In this document: piece after piece, positions 50,035-58,570 of the stretch
Position numbering within the stretch: the first letter of the stretch is position 1
Layout of the letters: each line of letters starts with the position of its first letter
Assembly (NCBI GenBank): GCA_035939595.1
Contig: DASZFQ010000119.1
Location: 705 to 64,704 of the forward strand
From: Casimicrobiaceae bacterium
GTDB lineage: Bacteria; Pseudomonadota; Gammaproteobacteria; Burkholderiales; Casimicrobiaceae
Length of the DNA: 64,000 bases
Direction: 5' to 3'
Notes under the pieces: generated by a model
The model's input: the letters and a program-made list of their open reading frames with translations, nothing else
Database searches by the model: none
What the model was told of the DNA's origin: nothing
Made by a program: the position numbers and the translations under genes

Positions 50035-50934
50035 ATGGCTGCTCGTTCAATTGCTTCACTTTCGCTGACTTTCGGCCTGGTGTCGATTCCGGTGAAGGTC
50101 TATCCCGCTACCGAGAGCTCGGGCGGAATCCGCTTCAACCTGCTGCACAAGACCGATGGCTCGCGCCTCAAGCAGCAGTACATCTGTATCAAAGAAGGCG
50201 TACCGGTGGAACGCGCGGACATGGTGAAGGGCTACGAATTCGAGAAAGACCGCTACGTGATGTTCACGCCGGAAGAGCTCGCGGCGCTCGAAGACAAGAG
50301 CGAGCACACCATCGACATCGTATCCTTCATTCCGACCAGCGCGATCGATCCCATCTATTACGACAAGGCGTACTACCTTGCGCCGGACAAGCGCGGTGCC
50401 AAGCCCTATAACCTGCTGGTCGAAGCCATGCGCGAGACCGGCCGCTGCGCTCTCGCGACCTGGGTCTGGCGCGGCAAGCAGTATGTGGTCCAGGTGCGCA
50501 TCGGCGGCGAGGGTCTGGTGTTGCAGCAACTGCTCTACGCCAGCGAAGTACGCTCGATGAAAGACCTGGAGATCGAAAAGACCGAGGTCAAGAAACCGGA
50601 ATTGACGCTGGCGCTGCAATTGATCGACCAGATTTCGGAGGACAGCTACGACCCCACCGCCTACAAGGACGAGGAGAAGCAGCGAATCGAGGCCGCGATC
50701 GACGAGAAGATCGCTGGCAAGCAGATTGCCGTCTCGGCCGAGCCTGAGCCCAGTGGCGGACAGGTGATCGATCTCATGGACGCCTTGCGCGCGAGCCTGG
50801 AAAAGAAAAAGACCGCCAAGGCCCCGGCGGCAGTGGCCGATACCGCCGTGGAAGCCAAGGTGCGCAAGACGGCGAAGCGCGCCGTCGAGCCGGGCGCTGG
50901 AGAGCTGAAAGGACGCGAACGCGCCAGGAAGTGA
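50035..50934 (+). CDS. ku: Ku protein (non-homologous end joining)
   Basis: LSLTFGLVSIPVKVY N-terminus, Ku core and basic Lys/Ala-rich tail; GGAGGAGG RBS before ATG 50035. Confidence 0.95.
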   Translation: MAARSIASLSLTFGLVSIPVKVYPATESSGGIRFNLLHKTDGSRLKQQYICIKEGVPVERADMVKGYEFEKDRYVMFTPEELAALEDKSEHTIDIVSFIPTSAIDPIYYDKAYYLAPDKRGAKPYNLLVEAMRETGRCALATWVWRGKQYVVQVRIGGEGLVLQQLLYASEVRSMKDLEIEKTEVKKPELTLALQLIDQISEDSYDPTAYKDEEKQRIEAAIDEKIAGKQIAVSAEPEPSGGQVIDLMDALRASLEKKKTAKAPAAVADTAVEAKVRKTAKRAVEPGAGELKGRERARK

Positions 50935-51821
50935 CTGCTGAGCGCAAGACCACCTACACCCTGCGGGAGATCCAGGCGATGCTGGGTATCTCGCGGTCGG
51001 CAATCAGCAGCCTTATGGCGGCCGGATTCGTGTCACCCGGCCGCGGCCGGCGCCGCGAGTACCGTTTCACTTTCCAGGATGTGGTGATGCTGCGCACTGC
51101 GCATAGCCTGCGGGAAGCAAAGATTCCGGGGCGCAAGATTCTTCGTTCGCTGCGGCGCCTTCGCGATACGTTGCCGTCCGAGCTGCCGCTTAGCGGTCTG
51201 CGCATCACCGCGGCCGGCAATGAGCTCGCGGTGCGCACCGGCGACGCCCAGTGGCAGGTCGATTCGGGCCAATTGCTGCTCGACTTCGAAGTCCAGCCGT
51301 CGGGCGCCAGCGTCAGGGTGTTGAGCAAGCCGCGGCCGACCTCCGAAGTCGTCCCGGCATCGGCGGGGCGGGCGAGCAGCGACCAGGCGCCGGACAGGGC
51401 GGCCGGCGGGCAGGATGCCATGCATTGGTTCGCACACGGGACCCGGCTCGAAGACGACCATCCCGTCGAGGCGGAGGCAGCCTACCGCAAAGCGCTCGCG
51501 TGCGAGCCCGCCTTTGTCGACGCCTACCTCAACCTGGGCTGCCTGCTCGCCGATGCCGGTCGCGGCGTCGAAGCGATGAGGCTTTATCGGACCGCGCTCG
51601 GGCACTGCCCCGAGGAGCCTTGGCTCCATTTCAACCTGGCCATCGTGCTCGAAGACCAGGGCAAGCCTGCCGAGGCATTGATTTGTTACGAGAGGTGCCT
51701 GGAGTTGTCCTGGGACTTTTCCGACGCGCATTACAACGCCGCGCTGCTGTACGAACGACTCGGGCAGACGAGCAAGGCGATCAAGCACATGAGCGCTTTG
51801 AGACGGCTGCAGAAGCGCTAA
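50931..51821 (+). CDS. MerR/excisionase-type HTH + TPR repeat protein
   Basis: N-terminal HTH YTLREIQAMLGISRSAISSLMAAGFV; C-terminal TPR repeats (AEAAYRKALACEPAFVDAYLNLG..., AEALICYERCLELSWDFSDAHYNAALLY...); GTG start overlaps the ku stop (GTGA). Confidence 0.7.
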   Translation: MTAERKTTYTLREIQAMLGISRSAISSLMAAGFVSPGRGRRREYRFTFQDVVMLRTAHSLREAKIPGRKILRSLRRLRDTLPSELPLSGLRITAAGNELAVRTGDAQWQVDSGQLLLDFEVQPSGASVRVLSKPRPTSEVVPASAGRASSDQAPDRAAGGQDAMHWFAHGTRLEDDHPVEAEAAYRKALACEPAFVDAYLNLGCLLADAGRGVEAMRLYRTALGHCPEEPWLHFNLAIVLEDQGKPAEALICYERCLELSWDFSDAHYNAALLYERLGQTSKAIKHMSALRRLQKR

Positions 51822-51860
51822 ACCACCACCCGGGGCGAACCGACCGCGCCGGGCCGAAAC

Positions 51861-52559
51861 ATGCGCGTGGACGAACACCGAATCGAGGTCGAACCGGGGA
51901 ACGAAGTCTCGTCCGCGTGGGCCTACCCGACGGGATTCTCGGCTGGCCGGTCCCCCGGCTTGATACTGGCTCACGGGGCGGGTACCGACATGCGCAACCC
52001 GTTCCTGAGCTTTATGCAGGTGGCGCTGGCGACCCGCGGCATCCTGACGGTCAAGTTCAACTTTCCCTATCGCGAGGCGGGCCGAAAAGCACCGGATACC
52101 ACGCAACGATTAGTGCAAACCTGGCGCACGGTGATTGAACGGGTCCGCGCCGACGCTGGGCCGGGAGCACTTTTCCTGGGTGGCAAAAGCATGGGTGGCC
52201 GCATCGCATCGATGGTGGCCGCTGACGGCGAGCCCGTAGCCGGGCTGGTCCTTCTGGGCTATCCGCTGCAGCCGGCCGGGCGGCCCGAGGTGTTGCGCGC
52301 CGAACACTTGGCCCGGATCAGCTGTCCGATGCTTTTTGTCCAGGGTTCGCGTGATCGGCTCTGCGACCTGACTTTGCTGCGCGCCGTGCTGGCAGGCCTT
52401 TCCGCGCCCTCCACCACGTACGTGATCGAGGAGGGGGACCATTCGTTCAAGGTTCCGAAACGCACCGGCAAAACCGAGCAGCAGGTATGGGACGAAATCG
52501 TGGCCGCCGTGGTGTCATGGCTGAAGCAAGCGGCACCCGTCGGCTTCAGCGCGCCATAG
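51861..52559 (+). CDS. Alpha/beta hydrolase (KANL3/Tex30 dienelactone-hydrolase-like family)
   Basis: LILAHGAGTDM ... GGKSMGGR nucleophile elbow ... EEGDHSF. Confidence 0.75.
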   Translation: MRVDEHRIEVEPGNEVSSAWAYPTGFSAGRSPGLILAHGAGTDMRNPFLSFMQVALATRGILTVKFNFPYREAGRKAPDTTQRLVQTWRTVIERVRADAGPGALFLGGKSMGGRIASMVAADGEPVAGLVLLGYPLQPAGRPEVLRAEHLARISCPMLFVQGSRDRLCDLTLLRAVLAGLSAPSTTYVIEEGDHSFKVPKRTGKTEQQVWDEIVAAVVSWLKQAAPVGFSAP

Positions 52560-52602
52560 CCAACCCGACGCGATCCGCCAAGGCAAATCCTGGAGAAGGC
52601 TG

Positions 52603-53313
52603 ATGTCCTTACTGGCTGGAACGAGCGGATTTTCCTACAAGGAGTGGCTGGGACCCTTCTATCCGGAAAAACTCCCTCCGCGCGAAATGTTGCATTACTA
52701 CGCCGAGCGTTTCCCGACCGTGGAAATCAACAACACGTTCTACCGCATGCCTGCCGTGCAGATCCTTGAGCAATGGTCGGAACAGGTGCCCGATCAGTTC
52801 GCCTTCACTTTGAAGGCTCCGCGCCGGATTACCCACGAAAAGCGCCTGCGCGAGACCGAACCGCAGGTGACCGAGTTCATGCGCCGCGCAGCCGCCCTTG
52901 GAAACAAGCTCGGCGTGGTTCTTTTCCAGCTGCCGCCGTACCTCAAGAAGGACCTGCCACGGCTGCGGGATTTTCTTCACCAACTGCCGTCCGGCCGGCG
53001 CATCGCCTTCGAGTTCCGCCACGCTTCGTGGCAGGACGACGAGGTGTACGAGGCGCTGCGCAGCCAAGGCACCATGCTGTGCGTTACCGACAGCGACGAA
53101 GGCGACACGCCGTTCGTCGTCACCGCGGATTGCGGCTACGTCCGCCTGCGACGAACGCATTACGACGACAACGAGCTGCGCGCCTGGGCGGCACGCATCG
53201 GGGCGCAGGATCTGGTCCGGACCTATGTCTACTTCATGCACGAGGACGACGCGCTTGGAACGAAGTTCGCGCGCCGCCTCAGCGAGCTGTGGGACGCGCG
53301 CGCTGCGGAGTGA
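52603..53313 (+). CDS. DUF72 domain-containing protein
   Basis: GTSGFSYKEWLGPFYP and NNTFYRMP motifs typical of DUF72. Confidence 0.8.
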   Translation: MSLLAGTSGFSYKEWLGPFYPEKLPPREMLHYYAERFPTVEINNTFYRMPAVQILEQWSEQVPDQFAFTLKAPRRITHEKRLRETEPQVTEFMRRAAALGNKLGVVLFQLPPYLKKDLPRLRDFLHQLPSGRRIAFEFRHASWQDDEVYEALRSQGTMLCVTDSDEGDTPFVVTADCGYVRLRRTHYDDNELRAWAARIGAQDLVRTYVYFMHEDDALGTKFARRLSELWDARAAE

Positions 53314-53324
53314 ACACATCCCGC

Positions 53325-53341
53325 GGCCGCGAGTCGCGGCC
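53325..53341 (+). terminator. GC hairpin immediately after the DUF72 gene (no U-tract)
   Basis: GGCCGCG-AGT-CGCGGCC, 7-bp perfect stem, 12 nt after the stop codon. Confidence 0.25.
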
Positions 53342-53402
53342 CAAATGGAGGCGCGCGCTCGACTTGCTAAGATGACGCTCAACACCTCGCCTGGAGCCAT
53401 CC

Positions 53403-54116
53403 TTGGCCACCGAGTTGCTGTTTCGCAATGACGCCTACCTTACGACCGCGGAAGCCCGGGTTATTGCGGTGCATGAGCGCGGCATCGAGCTCGACCGCAC
53501 GATCTTCTACCCGATGGGAGGAGGGCAGCAGGGTGATACCGGCACGCTGCGACGGGCTAGCGGCGAGCCGATCGTCATCGCCGATACGCGCAAGGGCGAA
53601 GCGCTCGACAGCGTGTTGCACATCGCGGCCCCCACGATGCGCCAGCCGGAACCCGGGGAGGTCCTGGGGCTTGCGATCGACTGGCAGCGTCGCTATGCGC
53701 TGATGCGGCTGCACACCGCGCTGCACGTAATGTCCTGCGTCATCGTCGCGCCGGTTACCGGTGGCAACATCGCGCCGGACAAGGCCCGGCTTGATTTCGA
53801 CATCGACGTGAGCCTGCTCGACGCGGCGGCGATTGAGCGCGAGACGAACGCACTCATCGCGCGTGGCGCGCAGACCGAGACCGAATGGATCACCGAAGCG
53901 GAGCTCGACGCACGACCCGAGCTGGTCAAGACCATGAGCGTGCAGCCGCCACGGGGCTCAGGACGCGTGCGTCTGGTCAAAATCCCGGGTATCGATTTGC
54001 AGCCCTGCGGCGGCACGCATGTTCGGAACATCGCCGAGATCGGCGCCATCCGCGTGCTTAAAATCCGCAGCGAGGGAAAGCGTAACAAGCGGGTGGAGAT
54101 TGCGCTGGCGAACTGA
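53403..54116 (+). CDS. Free-standing alanyl-tRNA editing protein (AlaX-like)
   Basis: Zinc and editing motifs HTALHV and CGGTHV; TTG start with a GGAG RBS. Confidence 0.8.
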   Translation: MATELLFRNDAYLTTAEARVIAVHERGIELDRTIFYPMGGGQQGDTGTLRRASGEPIVIADTRKGEALDSVLHIAAPTMRQPEPGEVLGLAIDWQRRYALMRLHTALHVMSCVIVAPVTGGNIAPDKARLDFDIDVSLLDAAAIERETNALIARGAQTETEWITEAELDARPELVKTMSVQPPRGSGRVRLVKIPGIDLQPCGGTHVRNIAEIGAIRVLKIRSEGKRNKRVEIALAN

Positions 54117-54143
54117 AGTCGTGGCGATCGCCCCCAAATTGCC

Positions 54144-54974
54144 ATGACCGATCTCAATCCTCAGGCCAAGCAGATGGCCGACGAGTCAATGGTGCGCACG
54201 CTAGCCGCGCAGGCGCAGGCTATCTGGCCGCAGGAGGTTCCGTTGCTCCAGCGCTACCCCCTCCCGGCCGAAGCACGAATTCTCGATGCGGGCTGCGGCA
54301 CCGGCGAGGCGGCATCGCGGCTGGCCAAGCTCTTTCCCCAGGCGCATGTGCTCGGGGTCGACATCATCGACAGCCACCTGGAGCGTGCGCGGGCGCGCTA
54401 TGCAAAGCTCGCGCCGCGGCTGGCGTTCGAGCACCAGAGTGTGTTCGCGCTCGATTCGCCTGACCGGAGTTTCGACCTCACCGTTTGTCGCCACGTCATT
54501 CAATCCATTCCCCACCCGGACCGGGTGATCGCCGAGCTGACGCGGGTCACGCGCGAAGGGGGCTACCTCCATCTCATCGCTGAGGATTACGGCATGTTGC
54601 ACTTTCAGCGCGGCGTTCTCGACCCACGGGAATTCTGGCATGTCGCGCCACCAAGCTTCGAGGCTGCAACCGAGACCGACCTTTTCATCGGTCGCAACGC
54701 CTTCGGGATCCTGGCCGCGCTGAACCTGACGGAGATCAGGGTCGACTACATCATCGTCGATACGGTGCGCGTACCACGTGCAACGATGGCGGCAATCCTC
54801 GAGGCCTGGCGCGATGGCTACTCCGACGCGATCGGCAAGCTGACTCCGATCAGCAGCGAGTCGGCACGGGCGTATTTCGACCAGATGATCAGCAACGTCC
54901 GCGACCCGCACCGCTATGCCGTATGGATGGTCCCTGTGGTGAGCGCGCGACTGCCCCGGGGCGGGGCTCAATGA
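54144..54974 (+). CDS. Class I SAM-dependent methyltransferase
   Basis: Motif I ILDAGCGTGEAASRLA. Confidence 0.8.
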   Translation: MTDLNPQAKQMADESMVRTLAAQAQAIWPQEVPLLQRYPLPAEARILDAGCGTGEAASRLAKLFPQAHVLGVDIIDSHLERARARYAKLAPRLAFEHQSVFALDSPDRSFDLTVCRHVIQSIPHPDRVIAELTRVTREGGYLHLIAEDYGMLHFQRGVLDPREFWHVAPPSFEAATETDLFIGRNAFGILAALNLTEIRVDYIIVDTVRVPRATMAAILEAWRDGYSDAIGKLTPISSESARAYFDQMISNVRDPHRYAVWMVPVVSARLPRGGAQ

Positions 54975-55017
54975 GCAGGGGGCGGCTGCGTGCGGCCGGC
55001 TTCCCCGGGGTAACGGA

Positions 55018-55779
55018 CTAGGTCTTGAGCCGATATCCGGTCTTGAAGATCCATGCCACGATCGCCAGCGACAGGGCCATGAAAACCATGGTCATGCCAA
55101 GGCTGACGGCTATGCTCACATCGGCCAACCCGTAGAAGCTCCAGCGGAAGCCGCTGATCAGGTACACCACGGGATTGAACAGCGTGACCTTCTGCCAGAA
55201 GGGTGGCAACATGTCGATGGAGTAGAAACTGCCGCCAAGAAAGGTCAGCGGCGTCACAATCAGCAGCGGCACGAGTTGCAGCTTCTCGAATCCATCCGCC
55301 CAGACTCCGATGATGAAGCCGAAAAGACTGAAGGTCACTGACGTGAGCACGAGGAAGAGGAGCATCCATCCCGGATGGACGACCTGCAGCGGAACGAACA
55401 GAGCTGCGGTGCCCAGGATGATCAGACCGAGGATGATCGACTTGGTCGCGGCCGCCCCGACGTAGCTCACGACAATCTCGAAATAGGAGATCGGAGCGGA
55501 CAGCAGCTCGTAAATCGTGCCGACAAACCGCGGAAAGTAGATGCCGAACGAGGCGTTGGAGATGCTCTGCGTAAGCAGCGACAGCATGATCAACCCGGGC
55601 ACGATGAAGGCGCCGTAACTGATCCCACCGACCTGCTGGATACGTGAGCCTATGGCTGCACCGAAGACGACAAAATAAAGGGAGGTCGAAATCACCGGTG
55701 AGATGATGCTCTGCATCAGCGTGCGCCGGGTACGGGCCATCTCGAATGCGTAAATAGCGCGGACGGCGTGCAGATTCAT
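55018..55779 (-). CDS. yadH: ABC-2 type transporter permease (YadH-like)
   Basis: Colinear with E. coli YadH as I recall it ([14 protein letters not shown]..., FIVPGLIM..., [19 protein letters not shown]..., [11 protein letters not shown]). Confidence 0.8.
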   Translation of the reverse strand: MNLHAVRAIYAFEMARTRRTLMQSIISPVISTSLYFVVFGAAIGSRIQQVGGISYGAFIVPGLIMLSLLTQSISNASFGIYFPRFVGTIYELLSAPISYFEIVVSYVGAAATKSIILGLIILGTAALFVPLQVVHPGWMLLFLVLTSVTFSLFGFIIGVWADGFEKLQLVPLLIVTPLTFLGGSFYSIDMLPPFWQKVTLFNPVVYLISGFRWSFYGLADVSIAVSLGMTMVFMALSLAIVAWIFKTGYRLKT

Positions 55780-56702
55780 TTTTTCTCCCGCACCAGGTTG
55801 ACGAAGATATCTTCGAGCGAGCTTTGCGTCGTGTGCAGATCCTTGAATCTGACGCCCGCACGGTCAAGCGCCTCGAGAAGTGCTGCGATACCGGTGCCCT
55901 CTCCCTTGGCGTCGTAGGTATAGACCAGTTCGCTTCCGTCGTTCGCCAGCTCCAGGTGATACTCGGCGATCCCAGCAGGAAGCCGCTCCAGCCTATTCTG
56001 AAGCTGCAGCGTCAACTGTTTCTTGCCGAGCTTGCGCATCAGCTCGACCTTGTCCTCGACCAGGATAATCTCGCCCTTGCTAATGACGCCGATTCTGTCC
56101 GCCATCTCTTCGGCTTCGTCAATGTAATGCGTGGTCAGTATGATCGTCACGCCGTGCGCCTTAAGCGCGCGAACCAGGTCCCACATGGCGCGCCGAAGCT
56201 CGACGTCCACACCGGCCGTCGGCTCATCGAGAAAAAGGATCTGTGGCTCATGCGATAGCGCCTTGGCGATCATCAGGCGCCGTTTCATGCCGCCCGATAG
56301 CGTCATGACCTTGCTGTCCTTGCGGCTCCACAGAGAGAGATCCTTGAGCACTTTCTCGATATGGGCGGGGTCAGGCGGTTTGCCGAACAGGCCGCGACTG
56401 AAGGACACGGTCCCCCACACGGATTCGAACGCGTCGGTAGTCAGTTCCTGCGGTACCAGTCCGATGAGGGAGCGGGCGGCGCGGTATTCGGTGACGATGT
56501 CGTGGCCGTCGACGAGAACGCTGCCCTCCGATCGATTGACAATTCCGCAGATAATGCTGATCAGCGTCGTCTTCCCTGCACCATTGGGACCCAGCAAGGC
56601 GAAGATTTCGCCGCGACGGATATCCAGTTGAATATGCTTGAGGGCCTGCAAGCCCGAGGCGTAGGTCTTGGAGAGATTGGTGACGGAAATTACGGGCGAC
56701 AT
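55776..56702 (-). CDS. yadG: ABC transporter ATP-binding protein (YadG-like)
   Basis: Walker [10 protein letters not shown], signature LSGGMKRR, Walker [13 protein letters not shown]; ATG 56702; stop overlaps the permease start. Confidence 0.88.
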   Translation of the reverse strand: MSPVISVTNLSKTYASGLQALKHIQLDIRRGEIFALLGPNGAGKTTLISIICGIVNRSEGSVLVDGHDIVTEYRAARSLIGLVPQELTTDAFESVWGTVSFSRGLFGKPPDPAHIEKVLKDLSLWSRKDSKVMTLSGGMKRRLMIAKALSHEPQILFLDEPTAGVDVELRRAMWDLVRALKAHGVTIILTTHYIDEAEEMADRIGVISKGEIILVEDKVELMRKLGKKQLTLQLQNRLERLPAGIAEYHLELANDGSELVYTYDAKGEGTGIAALLEALDRAGVRFKDLHTTQSSLEDIFVNLVREKK

Positions 56703-56813
56703 GAAACGAGCGATGGCAGGATCTGACGGCTCAAGTCTTGCAGGCAGAGCGCGCGCGACCATCTCTCCGGCTGTTTACGCAACGCTGCCAAGCGGGTCGA
56801 ATCGTCGCTGCGC

Positions 56814-57185
56814 TCACGACCGCTTCTTGCCTTCGAGCAGCGCCTTGAGATTGGCGAACGGCGTATGGGTTGCGCCGCCGCTGTCGCCGCGGGCATGGTC
56901 GCCATCGCGGGCCGCTTCCAGCTGGCGCTGGTGTTCGTTGTCATGGCAGTACAGGCACAGCAGTTCCCAGTTGCTGCCATCGGGCGGGTTGTTATGGTGG
57001 TTGTGGTCGCGGTGATGGACCGTCAGTTCGCGCACATTGGCCTGGCTGAATTCCCGCCCACATCGACCGCAGATCCAGGGGTAGATCTTTAGCGCTTGCG
57101 CCCGGTAGCCTTGTTCGCGCTCCGTGGCGGTGCGGCGGGTCTCAGCCAGAATGCGGTCGAGCTTGCTCCGGTCGTTCGCTGTCAT
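56814..57185 (-). CDS. yajD: YajD family HNH nuclease
   Basis: KIYPWICGRCGREF...LTVHHRDHNHHNNPPDGSNWELLCLYCHDNEH closely matches E. coli YajD as I recall it. Confidence 0.85.
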   Translation of the reverse strand: MTANDRSKLDRILAETRRTATEREQGYRAQALKIYPWICGRCGREFSQANVRELTVHHRDHNHHNNPPDGSNWELLCLYCHDNEHQRQLEAARDGDHARGDSGGATHTPFANLKALLEGKKRS

Positions 57186-57204
57186 GCCCTGTGGTCCATT
57201 GCAC

Positions 57205-57543
57205 TCATGCGCGGGCTAGTTCGTTCGTCTTGGCCGCCATGATGAAGTCGTTCTCGTGAAGGCCCTTTATTTTCTTGGTTTGCCAGGTAATCCTCGCCTC
57301 GCCCCAACCGAAACTGATATCGGGGTGGTGGCCCTCGCTCTCAGCTACGGCGCCGACCTTGGCGACGAAGTCCAGAGCTTCTTTGAAGTTCTTGAAGCGG
57401 AAACTCCGCTCGATCCCTCGCCCTTCGTGCACCAGCGCCCAACCGGGCACTTGCGCCAAATAGCGCTGGGCCTCCTGCACCGTAAGCGGCGGAATCCCAC
57501 CGCGACACGGTGTGCAGCTCTTGGACTGCAAGTCGTCGCTCAT
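57205..57543 (-). CDS. phhB: 4a-hydroxytetrahydrobiopterin (pterin-4-alpha-carbinolamine) dehydratase
   Basis: EGHHPDI motif and PCD-like length; GGGAG RBS before ATG 57543. Confidence 0.85.
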   Translation of the reverse strand: MSDDLQSKSCTPCRGGIPPLTVQEAQRYLAQVPGWALVHEGRGIERSFRFKNFKEALDFVAKVGAVAESEGHHPDISFGWGEARITWQTKKIKGLHENDFIMAAKTNELARA

Positions 57544-57582
57544 TTCAGCTCCCAAAAAATGGGGCTCCGATCCGCCCGCGAA

Positions 57583-58500
57583 TCATTGCGGCGGTGTTGC
57601 TTCGAGCGACCGCCGATCCCAATGGCCCAGGTCCGCCGCCGCTTCATAGCTGCTTTGAAGAAACGCGAGAAGTTTCTCCCCCGGATCCTTCGCCTCGCTG
57701 ACCGCTGCATAGGGCAAAACGAACTCGTGCAGCGCCACGTCATAACGAGCGCCGGATGGCCGGATTGGGGCGGCGGCAAAGCCGTCTGGTTCCGGGTAGG
57801 CATAGCTGTAGAAGAGCGGATACGGCGCAGGGGCGCCCCCCGGCCAGAACCCGCAGCTGCTTACCTCGTGCGAGTACGCATCGCGAGTCACCCGATCAGG
57901 AAGGTTGGGTACCCCTCCGGGATGAGGCGGTGCGGTCCGTCCCGAGAAACGCGTGACGGCGAGATCGAAGCTGCCCCAGAAAAAATGCACCGGACTGGCC
58001 TTGCCGTAAAAACCGGAGCGAAAGCGCCTGAGCACATCGGCCGCAGAACGGAGTATGCGCCAGCAGCGATGCGCGTACTCGCCATCGTAGGCTCGATGCA
58101 CGGTATCCACGTCGAACGGTATTTGACCCTCCATTTCCGTCGGCTTGCGGTAGATCTGGACCGGCATCCCGACCGCGGTTAGCGTCGCCATCAGGGCATG
58201 GTAGAAGTCAGCGACTGCCATTGGCGCCAAGGGGATGTTGCGATGCTCGCCGCCACTCGTTTGCACGACGAGTTCGTGCGCAATGAAGTCGAAATCGATC
58301 TGCAGATGTTCTTCGCCATACGGCATCGGCCCGGTGGTGAGGCCCCGCGCCGAAGGATAAAACGTCACCTGCCAGCAGTGGTTGATCCACGGCATCCGGG
58401 CGAGGCGAATCTTGCCCACGATCTGCATCCACAGGTGCAGCGTTTCATACGTGTCCTTCCACTCCTCGTAAGGGAGGGGCGGCCAGCCGATGTGCGTCAT
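57583..58500 (-). CDS. DUF5996 family protein
   Basis: WPPLPYEEWKDTYETLHLWMQIVGKIRL N-terminal pattern; GGAGG RBS before ATG 58500. Confidence 0.7.
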   Translation of the reverse strand: MTHIGWPPLPYEEWKDTYETLHLWMQIVGKIRLARMPWINHCWQVTFYPSARGLTTGPMPYGEEHLQIDFDFIAHELVVQTSGGEHRNIPLAPMAVADFYHALMATLTAVGMPVQIYRKPTEMEGQIPFDVDTVHRAYDGEYAHRCWRILRSAADVLRRFRSGFYGKASPVHFFWGSFDLAVTRFSGRTAPPHPGGVPNLPDRVTRDAYSHEVSSCGFWPGGAPAPYPLFYSYAYPEPDGFAAAPIRPSGARYDVALHEFVLPYAAVSEAKDPGEKLLAFLQSSYEAAADLGHWDRRSLEATPPQ

Positions 58501-58570
58501 GCAAACCTCCACCGCGTAATGCGGTCCGAGACCGCCTGGTTACCGGTAGTGCCTCGCAGCGCCCCGGATC

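Noticed and set aside
47219-50934. LigD/Ku considered as the novel system
   Set aside because: This is a canonical bacterial NHEJ pair with the standard PE-ligase-polymerase LigD architecture. Only the coupled HTH-TPR gene and the intergenic hairpin are unusual.
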